A DNA stretch of 64,000 bases from Lingula anatina (taxonomy: Eukaryota; Animalia; Brachiopoda). The translations under genes and the position numbers were made by a program. The notes beneath the pieces are model-generated. The model was not told the origin of the DNA. It made no database searches and saw only the letters and a list, made by a program, of their open reading frames with translations. The stretch covers positions 11,408,001 to 11,472,000 of the forward strand of contig CM120642.1 of assembly GCA_051362555.1 (NCBI GenBank), in the 5' to 3' direction. This document shows, one piece after another, positions 41,318 through 52,803 of this stretch; position 1 is the first letter of the stretch, and each line of letters opens with the position of its first letter.

Positions 41318-44300
41318 TTAATTCTGTGGTTTCAATGCATCGAGGACCTTCACAATGTCCCCATTCTTGGACTCGAGGAGGCGAGTGAGCCAGCCATCTT
41401 CAACCTGAAAACCCCATCTGTTTCATCTTGACCAAGGCATCTGCCACCTTGGGGTTGGGGTGAGGTGGTGTCTGTGAGAGCTGGGGATAGAGAGGCTGCT
41501 GTCCTTGCTGACTGGCTCCACTTGGCCCTGGCTGACCATCAATAACTGTCCATCCATTTTCTGTATCACTGCCCTGCTTTTGGTCTGGTGCAGCATCCTA
41601 CAAGGGAAACAATTGAAGAATGTTCTTTAGAATAACTGATACAACAACTCATATGCTGGAAGGGACACTAAGTTTAGCACATATCTAAACAATCAGCCAA
41701 ATACCCTGAGTACAGTATAAAGCACAATTCAATAATAAAATGTAGTAATAATAATAATAATGACATATCCTTTATATATACTCAGTATTCCAGTGTTCTA
41801 AATAAGCACACCAGTGGTCATTTTTTCACCAATTTAAACCAGTGAGAAACAAATGGCTACTCACCTGCATAGGTTCATCCAAAGGAGGGGCAGAACTGAT
41901 AACAGGGGCTTTACTGGCATCTGTAAGCTCCCCAGTATCTTCCTCCATTGCTGTGGCCTTTTCACCTTCCTTTGGCCCTTGATCCTTGCTTGTTGTTGTT
42001 GAAGCTTGACCCTGACCCTGGTTCTGACCTTGACCCTGACCTTGGGTCTGATATGGTGGCACCCCACCCCACATTGCGAACTGTTGCCACCAAGGCACCC
42101 AGTTGCCATCTCTGCATCTCTGTCGCTTTCCCTTGTGCTCCACATCAACTTCTACATCTATGCCTATGTGTAAAATAAAACATTTTATTTTCCTTACTGG
42201 AAATTTGTAGGAAGTATAATTATTAATCACAAGCTATCTAAACATTAAAGGACCTGCTATATTTCCTGGACATAACCAAACAATTTTTTGAAAATGTAAG
42301 GAAGCTGGAAGATCCTGAAATCAATGTTACAATAAGTATTCTTCAACAAGAACAATTTTGATGATTAATACAGCTTATTTTAGTATATCTTGACAGTCTA
42401 ACTTCTCACCAAGAGGATCCAGCATGGCAGCCACACTTTCTCCAACACTCTTCAGAAAATCTCCTGGAGCACTGTTGGCATTCTGCTGTCCTCCCTCTGC
42501 ACTTCCAGCTGCTGTAGCACCCTCCTCGGGTGGCTGCCCATTAGACTCTTCCTGCTGCTGCTGTTCTCCCTCTCCCTGCTGCTTTTGCTGCTGATTCATC
42601 ATGTTGTGGAGCCATGCTTTCTTAAAACATTTTTTCATCCACTTTGGGGGTCCATTGCCCTTGTGCCCACCCCAGGGCATTTCACATGACCCACAGCTCA
42701 CACGAGGGCCCCTGGGACCATGACCTCTCCATGGGCCAGGTCCACCATGACGACCACCCTGGTTATATGGTGGTGGTGGCGGGAAAAAACCACCCTGAAA
42801 AGAAATATGCATTATGGCAGATGATCATGCAGATTTCATTCAGAAACAAGGATTGGCTGCAGAGAGATTTCTAGAGATATATATCTCAATCATCATTCAC
42901 CTTTTAATTTATAAACAGACAGATCTAGCTACATTCAACTATTACACTAAAATTCTGATATTACAGAGAAATCAAATGCACATTAAGAAAAAAAAGAACA
43001 CTACATGATTTCATTTAAATTAAGAAATAACCATAAATTCTTGAAATAAACTATAAAGAAAACTTTATTGTGCATTAAAAAAACCTACCATGAAAGGTCC
43101 ATGGCAGCCTGGCTGAGCAATGCGCACCATGTCATGCTCTGTGTGGAGGCCCTTGCCCTCACAGTTGCCACACAGGTCATAGTCTGGGCAGATCATACAC
43201 TTAAATCTGGGTCCATAGATCTGACCTTCACAGCCGTCACAAACAACACCGGGGTGGTGGACCTTTTCATAACCCTCTTCTTCTTGTGGCTGTTGCTTAG
43301 GGGCACCTGTCTCTGAAATAATTAGGTTTCCGTTAATAGAAATGTCATCTCAAATTGTTGGAAAAATGCTAATTTGCAGATGCACCTTAGGTTTGATCAT
43401 AAATTTTAGGAAAAAATACTTGGATTGAGATCTTAAAAGAGAAAAGTCTACCAAGCAACTAAAAAAAAGCCAATTTTCAATTTATTTGTTTATAAATAAA
43501 GCTTTGCAATAAAGGCAAGCTCTTTTGTAATCCTACATACACTGATCCACCTGAGGCTGACTCATCAAATTAAGACCATGTCACAATGTAAACAAATGTA
43601 TTCAAGATGGCGGAGTTCAATTTGGGAATGTCATTCAGTACCAAAAGTACATATATCTTCCATACAGAAAAACGCAAAATGCAAATCAACTTATTTCATT
43701 TTTATATTTTCATTACAGAAATTTCTTTTAGGCTCCTCTCCACACACAATTTCTTTTCAACTAACCTGTAATGTAGACCTTGAAGATATCTCCCTGGATC
43801 TGCCCCAGAGCCTCTGTTAGCTCATCATCACTGGAGAATGCAATGTTGTCTCCCTCCACATCTACAATACATAATATGCACTGTTTGTATTATTTCATGA
43901 TGCATTTTAGCCTTTAAATTATTGGCTTCATTAAGGATATTTCGGACCAGTGAGAAATAAGAACATATTTCTTAATTTGCTATGTATACTAGTACATTGT
44001 ATCCCTCTCTACATTAATTATACCTACTGTACACAGTATGACAACTTCGTGTTAAAAAAGCTAAAACAGAAATGTGTCTGTATCTAACGCTAAAAAAGCT
44101 TGTCATCCTTTTTTTTTTACTACTGGACTCTTTTTTTCTAGTGTACTGCACTGTATTGCGCATTTAAGGGACAGTGAAAGTTTTTTACTTCAGATTTCTG
44201 ATGCCGAATTCCAAATTTTTACATCGAGTAAAATATAATGTAACATACCGTACGAGTCGTCATAATTTAATTTAGTATTATTTCTTATTCTATATGCTTC

Positions 44301-44559
44301 GCCATAGTATCTATTCTATAATTCTCAGTCTCACTCCATAAAATTATGCAAACATCATCAAAATTTTTAATTCATGTACACGCATGTCTTTACCTTTCCA
44401 ATACAGGGAAAAATTCTCAGATGCCAAACTTGGAAAAATCTGTGCCGTTTTCTTACAAAAGTAAGAGAAGTTGGTGGCTACATCTTGGTCGATGGTAAAC
44501 CGTCTAATCTCTGGTTGTTGCCCTTGCTTTTCAAGGTACGCTTTCACTGTCAGGGACAT
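41318..44559 (-). CDS. SQSTM1: Sequestosome-1/p62 (PB1, ZZ, LIR, UBA); apparent +1 frameshift in the UBA domain
   Basis: Exons 44559-44394, 43861-43766, 43312-43089, 42794-42410, 42163-41865, 41597-41318. PB1 [95 protein letters not shown]. UBA reads MKQMGF, then GWLTRLLESKNGDIVKVLDAL in the +1 frame (in-frame TGA at 41402-41400). Confidence 0.9.
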
Positions 44560-44687
44560 GGTGAAATACCGATTGTTGTTACTCTGCACTTCTCTCTGTC
44601 TTGAATTAGGTCGAGTTGATGTTCGTAGCTAGTATCTCCCTCTCTTCGTCAAAAGTGAACGTATGCTAAAGATCGTACACACACCGG

Positions 44688-45195
44688 TTATATACTGCTT
44701 GTCACGACAATCTAGAAACTTCTTAAGTGATTCAGTGACAGCTGTTAGTTGACAATTTTGAAGATAAAATTTTGCTGAATCATTTAGTCTTATGAAACGT
44801 ACGAGAGAGATTACGCTAGCTTACGCAGGTTTTGGAGCACGTGACCAAAACATAATGCATCGAGCTTTTCCGTAGCTGTTCGGTTCTGTACGGAAAATTC
44901 TTTTTACTTCCGAGTCATTTGGTCTAGAATTTTCGGGGATGACTAAGGGATAAAACATTTCCAACTGAAACATAAATTGCTTCAACACGATATTAGTCAA
45001 TAAATATGATTTCACCGAGTGTGTGCTTGCTTGATCAAATATCTGAGTTGAAGAAATAATCATTTTTAATAAAATATATCACTATTGCGGCTGTCATATT
45101 AACGACCTATATTTAATATCTAGGCCAAAGTTAACGTACGACGTAAAATCATCCGATGCACTGCGCGCGATGTGATTGGTCAAAATCTCGTGGTG
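44688..45195. promoter_or_regulatory. Compact divergent promoter region of SQSTM1 and SREBP
   Basis: ATGs are ~660 bp apart. TATATAA (minus, 44694-44688); ARE-like ATGATTCAGCAAAA (minus, ~44770-44783); CLEAR/M-box GGTCACGTGC (minus, 44837-44846); inverted CCAAT 45175-45179; SRE-like ATCTCGTGGTG 45185-45195. Confidence 0.6.
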
Positions 45196-45217
45196 CTACC
45201 AGCAGTGGACAACAATC

Positions 45218-48200
45218 ATGGCCGACCAAGGAGGGTGGCCGTTTTCCTCCGATACTTTACCCGATCTAGGAGCAAGTTTCAATGTACCTTCAGATTTAGA
45301 AACAACAGGAATAGGTGACATAGATGGTAAGAGCATTTTGTGAAAATTTGGTGTTTGTAGGCCGTGTACTTCCAAAGTTATGCACGTTGTTTACAACTTG
45401 CCTCCAGTCCTAAAAGAACCGTGTTTGTGCGCTCCAGCTGTCAGAACAGTTTCATTCGCATTAACTTTGAAAAGCATGACATAAATGGTCAACACTTGAT
45501 TTATTGTATGGGGCTGCTGTTGCTGTAAATGTTTCTGGTCAAACAACTACAATGTGTTGGTGTATTTCCAACTCCTTCAGTCTAATCTGAGCAATTGTTT
45601 TAATGTCAAGGAAAATGGACGATCAGCCTGTTACTATCAAGTGTGACGCGACGAGATCTCAGTGCTCGACTTTTCTTATAGTCTTTCTAAATAGATATTG
45701 CTCTGAACGATAAAAAATGTATTTCAGTGTCATATTCAGTTCACAGCAGATCTTGAAGTTGAGTGTCATAGTACTACTGAACTTGCGTACTGCATTTTGA
45801 GACCACACAGTTATCTACCCCGTATCTTGAGTAAGGTTGAGTTTTATGTGTACATTTCAGTGTTGCATCAGTTGTAAATGATATTTTTAATTTTATTTGA
45901 CAAATGAATTGATATCGAAATTAATATCCACACATCATTGCTTGTTTTTCAGATATGATGCAATATTTGTGTCCTGGTGCACCTCCAGATGATTTGTTTG
46001 ATGGTCAGTTATCAGCTATCAAAACAGACCCAGATCTCTTGTCTCCAGTGCTGGATGACCCGAACTTAAATCTTGACAATTTAGATGCTCTTCTAAATTT
46101 CAATGAGTCACAGACACTTAAACCTCCCCCTGATTACAAGCAAGTAACACAACAGCAGCAGCAGCAACCACTGAGGCAATTATTTCAACAACAGCCACAA
46201 ATTCAACAGAAGCAGCAACAATCAGCGCAGAACGTGAAGCAACAGCAGCCACAGCAGTTATTATTACAACAGCTAGCACAGCAAGTGGAACAGCAGAAAT
46301 TACAAAATGCCTTGCAGAATTTACAACGGCAACAGCAGCAGCAGCAACAACAGCAGCAAGCACAAGTTACTTTACAGCAGTTACAACAGGTATGTACACA
46401 TATGTGGAAACTGCTGCAGAATGACACATAAAAGATAAACTTGATATTTCAGAAAGTTTGAAATAATAATAATTAAAATTGTGATAAAAGGAATGGGCAG
46501 TTTATAGTCCTGTGTTCATTGAAGTAGGTTGGTTTTTGGTTACGTCTAAAATGTGTTTCTAGTATTGTTGAAATATATTTAATTATATATTTTTTGTTTT
46601 CCAGTTGTTACTGCAAGCACAGATGAAGCCAGATACCTCCCCAAAGGTAGTTACCATCTCGACCACCTCTCCAGCTTTGAGTAATTTGAGCAATGTGAAC
46701 ACTGTGACCACTTCAGTCAACCCTGTCCAAACTGTGGTGACCACTAGCCAAGGCAGCGCAATACTGACCACTAGTATCCCCATACAGCTGGTGGACGCTG
46801 AGAAGGTTCCCATCTCCAGGTTGAATACATCTCAGACCAAAAACCCACCCAAAGGAGAGAAGAGGACAGCGCATAATGCTATTGAGAAAAGATACAGGCT
46901 CAGTATCAATGATAAGATTCTGGAGCTGAAAGACCTTGTGTCAGGGACTGATGCTAAGGTATGAAATGTTTGGAAGTATTATTAAGTGTTTTTATGATGC
47001 AAGCATAAGTATTTGGTTGAGACTGGAAAATAGTCTTATTTTCATTTAACATGGAATTAATTGTTGTAAGTATATTATGTAACTATTCACACTTTTATTT
47101 TTCTAGTTGAACAAGTCTGCAGTATTGAGAAAGGCCATTGAATATGTGAAATACATGCAACAACAGAACAATAGATTGAAGCAGGAAAATATGGCTCTCA
47201 AGATGGCCTTGAAGAAGCAGAGTGAGTATTATGGATCTTATTTACATAGGGTGGGGGGGGGGGAGGTTTCAAAATATGTAAAGAATAGAACCTGCTTAGA
47301 TGAGGGTGCAATTATTTCAGTAATTAGGATTGTTTGACTAATAAATGTTGTTTTTATTCAGACATTGCAGATTTACTGACCAGTGGTCAGGAATACTTGA
47401 CCCCACCTAATTCTGAGACTGGGTCTCCAATCCACAGTCCTCCTACCAGTGATACTGACCAGCCAGTTAGTCCATGTTCTAGTGAGGACAGCAACTCTTC
47501 AGGTAATAATAAGAACTAATGATGTGATTTATAGCTTATGAAACATGCTGTTGTTAAACTATTTGTTTCACCATAATACATTTGCCTTAAAAGATCTATC
47601 ACTGGCTGTGATGTTAAGATGAGAAACTGAAGATCAATGTGTAATGCTTTTAGATGGCAGCAGCAGTCTTACTACCCGCGCCATGATGGACAGGTCTCGC
47701 ATGGCCCTGTGTGTGTTCATGTTTGCTATCTTGGCATTCAACCCTTTTGGTGCTCTGATGGGCAGTGTGGACAGAGGAATAGCTGGGGATTACACAGGGG
47801 GACATATGGGCAGTGCAAGAACGCTTAACAGCCTGGGAAGTGAAGGTAAGTTTGAAGAATACATTAAATCATAAGTCATAAACATTTATAAAACATGGTT
47901 GTGTGAATTGAGATTCTGTATGGTGTAGACGAAAAAAGTACTCCTCGATGAGTAACATAGAATACCTATATGTCAACATCAAGATTGTCACTTTTTACTT
48001 CAGATCTTGCAAGTGGTCCAGTCAGCTGGTGGGATTGGTTATTCCCTTCAGCATTCATATGGATGTTAAACACAATACTGGTGTTTGGGGTGCTGGCCCG
48101 TATTCTCATCTATGGAGAACCTGTGACCAAGCCCTTATCTGAAACTTCAGTGCAGTTTTGGCGGCATCGCAAGCAGGCAGATATGGATTTAGCACGGGTA

Positions 48201-49014
48201 AGTACATAACAGGTGTGATGGTGTTGGAATTTAATCCAAGACTTTAAATTTTTTATTTAATGTTTTAATTGAACAGTATATTGATGTAACATTTATAAAT
48301 TGTTGTATATTCATGTCACCTTCAAAGATTCAAAAACAAGTGTACTCATTTTAGGGGGAATACAACACGGCCAACATTCAACTACAGAAAAGTCTTTCTG
48401 CCATTGGTCGTTCCTTACCAACCTCCAACTTTGACCTAGCAGCAAGTATGTTTTGGAACCTCCTGCGCCAGGCCCTTCATCGTCTCTATATTGGCAAGTG
48501 GATGTCCTGCAGGGCCGGGGGCTTGAGGACAAGTGAATCCAAGGCCACAGAAGCCAAGCAGTCCTCAAAGAATGCTGCTTTGGCCTATCATAAGCTAAAC
48601 CAACTATGGCTAACAGGTAGGAAACATTATCATGTCAAGATAAATATGTTTTATATTCTATCAAATTGTTAACAGTAAAACCAATTCCCCCTATGAAAAT
48701 GACACTTTAAGCTGAACTCTTGCTGAAAGGTTGCAGTGTTAGCAATTGTTTGCTCACTCTTTAAGTGCCTAAAAACAGCTTGTTGTTGAAAAGTGACAAG
48801 GCAAATGAAGCTTTCTGTAAGTCCCTTTTCTGTTTTGTTTCTTAGGACATGGTGGCGGAGGTGTGCTGTCAGGTTTAAATCTAGCACTGAGTAGTGTGAA
48901 CTTGGCCGAAGCTGCTGCAGACCAAATATCCCAGGAGTCCCTGGCTGAAATCTATGCCACTGCAGCTGTCACTGCTAAAGTGGGCCTACCAGTTGCAATG
49001 CAGTTCCTTGCAGT

Positions 49015-49052
<38 letters not shown>

Positions 49053-52000
49053 TGGGCAAGAGGGGGTTGGGGTGGTATTAACATGCCAACATGAACCAAT
49101 GCATTTTTTTAAACCCATGAATATTATTGAATAATAAGATTTGTATATAATACATCAGTGTAATCATGGACAGTACATCTGATCACTTCTGCATTCTAGC
49201 GTTATTTCCTGAGCAAGGCCAGGACTGTGTGTAAGAGTGGCAGTGGCCAAATCCCTGTATCCATGCAGTGGCTATGTCACCCACTGGGACACAGGTTCTT
49301 TGTCAGTGGCAGCTGGACCATTGGAAGCAAGGACAGCATTTATAGCTCACTGACCAGTGAAGGTGAGACACTGAACATTTGGCTCACAACATTCTAGCAA
49401 TTTTACACTGTGTTACCTTGCAAATTAGTTGGTTCAATAAGTGCAAAAAGTTTCCAGCTTTTGATTTGTATTAAAGTGAAGATTGACAAAATACTTGATA
49501 TCATCTTATTTCTACATAGTCATAATGTCAGGGATGGCATAGATTAGTTTAATGTGATCCTGTATTTTTCAGCTGACCCGCTGGCCTGTGTAATGCGTGC
49601 ATTCAGAGAGCACCTGCTGGAGAAGGCCTTGTACACACTGGTCACTCCTGGTTACAGTTCACCAAACATCCACAATGGTGACCACAGTGCAGATGGGTAG
49701 GTTTATTAAGTTGGCACATTCTCTGTAAAATAACCTTTGTTTGACATATTTCTCGTATTGAATTGGATTTGCTAGATCTGAAAAAAAAGTTAAAAGCTCA
49801 AGTGGTCTAAAGATTTTTCTTACTTAACAAAGGTACAATGTTTGGATGTAGGAATGATGCAAAAATTTTATCAGAAGTTGTGAAAATACAAGAGAGAACA
49901 TTTATGTATTGTCTTATCTGTTAATCTTACTATTCTCTCTGGGTGTCTTTTGGTCAGTGAAATCTGTTGCAATGAGCATTCTGTCTGGTTCTTGGAGTAT
50001 AAACGTTAAAAGTCAAGTCTTGTCTTTTCTAGGTCACCCTCAGTCAGTGAGGTCTTGCAGTACAGCCAGCTACTAGCAGACTGCTCCAATGCAGCCAGCA
50101 CTGTGATCAAGTTGGAGGGAGGCGTGATGATAGTCAGTGGGGACGAGGTGTCCAGATGGTGGTCAGCTGTTCTGTCTGTTGGAGCCTATTGGTTGATGGG
50201 AGATGATGTGGCTGCAGAGAAACAGTTCCCCATCATTGAGACATTCCCCAAAGCATTGAAAGAGAAAGAGTGAGTCTTTTCTTATGCCTTTGTTGTGAAA
50301 ATGAGTTCGAGTTTTAAAGGGGTCATATGTCCTTTAAAAATATAATAAAAAGAATAGGAAAATAAGAATTAATGCTAAAAGTCAGAATTAGAGTGGTCAG
50401 TAGAAAGTGTTATGATGTTAAATGTTATAGTATGTTATATCTCATTCTTATCACCTATAAGTTGAAAGCCATAAAACAGTTTCATATTTTATTTCTAGCC
50501 ATCCTCTCCCCAAGAGTGTTCTGATCATGTTCAAAGCGAGGAAGAACCTGCTGTCTGATCACAAGTCTAGTTGCAGTTTTAACACCATCAAGCTGTGTAA
50601 CCAGGCCGGCCATTTGCTGAGAGACAGTCTGCACATGGGAGCAGAGAACAGGAGCTGTCAAAAAAACATGGTGGGTGTGAAAATGCCTATCATGCATCGT
50701 TGTGTTGTTTGTGAATTATAAATATGTGGAACTTGAAGGAGAGAGCCACACTGCAGTGAAGAATGCACGTTGTGCAAGTGATTTATCTAGCAGCAGCAGC
50801 AAATCCGAGATGTTGCCTGTCTCTCTAGTGCATTGTAGTTGCATTGCATTGGCTGTCATAGTATGCAATGCATCTGCAGTGCAAATAGAGCGACTGGAGC
50901 TATCAACAAAAGCAAAGGGATGGATGTATTTAGGGGCTTATAGCAGCATGAAGCGTGCTTAACGGGTTATACAAGGCTTTGCAGTAACAGGAGGCCAGAT
51001 TAATAAAATTTTTAAATGACGATTTAAGTTGTGATGTAAATAGTTACCGTGGAATAACAAGAGTATTTGTAAACAATGATTGACTAAAGTTTCATTTTGG
51101 TTTTGGTTTTCAGATGAGTATAAATTCAAGATTGGTCTGGTTTCAGTTGAATGTGCTATTACTTCACTATATATGTTTGAATATAGGCTGTTCAGCTGTT
51201 GGTGTGTGACTGGCTGCTGTTGTCCAGGACCAGTGTGTGGCAGGCTGACAGTGAGAAAGGAACAAGTATAGTGTCCTCGTCTGAACTGGCAGCATTCCAG
51301 CAAGATTTAAGCTGTCTGAGACAACTAGCACAATGCTTTAAAGTGGCATTACGAAGAGTGAGTATAGATTAGTAGAATCAATGTAGCATTGTTTTCAAAG
51401 TGGATTCCTGCTTTATTCTATTAAAAACTAAGTGGAAAATCAAAACTCACGCCAAATTATACACCTATGTTGTTCAGGACAAAAAGCTCCAACTTGAATT
51501 CTGAAAATAATGGCAAGTAAAATATCTGATATCATATAAATTCTTCCAGGTATTTCTTCATGAGGCCACTGCTCGTTTAATGGCTGGAGCCAGCCCAGCA
51601 AGAACACAGCAATTACTAGACAGGAGTGTACGCAGGAGGCATATAACTCCTCCTTTCCATGAAAAAGGTGAGATCTATATATCTTGTAATGTTAGTCATT
51701 TAGTAGTGATAAAAAGTGCTGATATTTAAAATCAACAGACACTGACCATAATTGTTTTGTTCAACTAAGATGTTCAAGTTTGGATGATGTGCATTTCTGA
51801 ACCACAATTCAATATTTAATTTGTCTCTGAAAGTTGTTCATGAGAAGGATAAGAAATAATTCTTGTATTGTATACCAGCTTGTTAGAGAAACCTCATTTG
51901 TTGAAACAAGCAGCCTGGCCACCACCACCTTATTTTCGTGTCCATTTCCCAGATTATCCAGAGTCCAAAGATACCCCAGACCGGGCCCAGGCCACCGCAC

Positions 52001-52182
52001 TCCTCATGGCATGTAAACACCTACCTGAAGCCCTGCTAGCAGAGCCAGGGAGGCGAGCGGGAATGCTGGCTGAGGCAGAGAAGTTGTACGAACAGATGGG
52101 AGACACCCGTGCTGCTCAGGACTGTAGGCAAATGATGGTTAAAATGACCACAAGCAAGGTGCCTTTACAGGTGGCTTACTAG
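45218..52182 (+). CDS. SREBP: Sterol regulatory element-binding protein (16 coding exons)
   Basis: Exons 45218-45326, 45953-46389, 46605-46958, 47107-47221, 47362-47502, 47654-47845, 48004-48197, 48355-48616, 48846-49012, 49200-49362, 49573-49696, 50033-50269, 50499-50670, 51187-51357, 51550-51667, 51953-52182. bHLH-Zip [20 protein letters not shown] with the SREBP-diagnostic Tyr; DRSR-TM1-NP (site-2); luminal RTL (site-1-like); FWRHRKQAD; [26 protein letters not shown]. Confidence 0.95.
49017..49051. repeat. (GT)n microsatellite just after an SREBP donor site
   Basis: Direct reading. Confidence 0.95.
50821..50891 (+). ncRNA. mir-33: pre-miR-33 hairpin in an SREBP intron
   Basis: GTGCATTGTAGTTGCATTGCA at 50828-50848 is the mature miR-33-5p sequence. 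The complementary arm TGCAATGCATCTGCAGTGCA lies at 50864-50883, with basal stem ctct(ct)a/tagag; it is intronic and sense to SREBP. Confidence 0.95.
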
Positions 52183-52803
52183 GCACGAAGGAGACCTTAA
52201 CATCTACTTCCTCGAGTTTTGGTTTTATGAAAATTTGGGATATTTATGAAAAGGACGCATGTGCTCACTCACAAGAGTATTGATAGTATAATTTTCTGTC
52301 CGTGATGAGTCGACGTTTCTTGGAGAGTGGGCCCTTGTATGTATAAACCCAGCGTAAAAATAACTAATTCATGGTATTCTGCGAGAATCTGAATACTAGA
52401 CGACCTGAAGACTTTTGATATTGCTGGCATTTATGTGACTTTTGCATAATGCACTATTTATACAAGAAATAAAGGATTACCTACTAAAAATTATTCTTTT
52501 CATAAAATTATCTCAGCCGTAATCTACTCTGTTCATCTAATTGTTGCTCTCACAATATGATAATTATTCAAATGACTAATGCAAGCGTGCAGATTTCTTT
52601 CATTCCAAATTCTTAAGCGTGCTCATTTCTGTCTATGCTTGCTGTCTTGGTTAAGTTATATCAAACTTTGTGAAACATTTGTCTTAAATTTAAAATCCAC
52701 ATTTCTTAAGTAGAATAGTGCTACTCGTGTGACGTCGACTTTTTTTAAACTATTTGTGAACAAGCAGATTTGAGGAACCCAGTGGAATAATTTATTCGGT
52801 CTC

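Noticed and set aside
46118-46427. Cys-rich and Ala/Val-rich minus-strand ORFs resembling metallothionein
   Set aside because: They are the antisense reading of the SREBP CAG/CAA poly-Gln exon.
52448-52584. miR-33 seed-like sites (AATGCA) downstream of the SREBP stop, suggesting autoregulation
   Set aside because: Only 6-7-mer matches in AT-rich sequence, and one lies beyond the AATAAA at ~52468; not distinguishable from chance.
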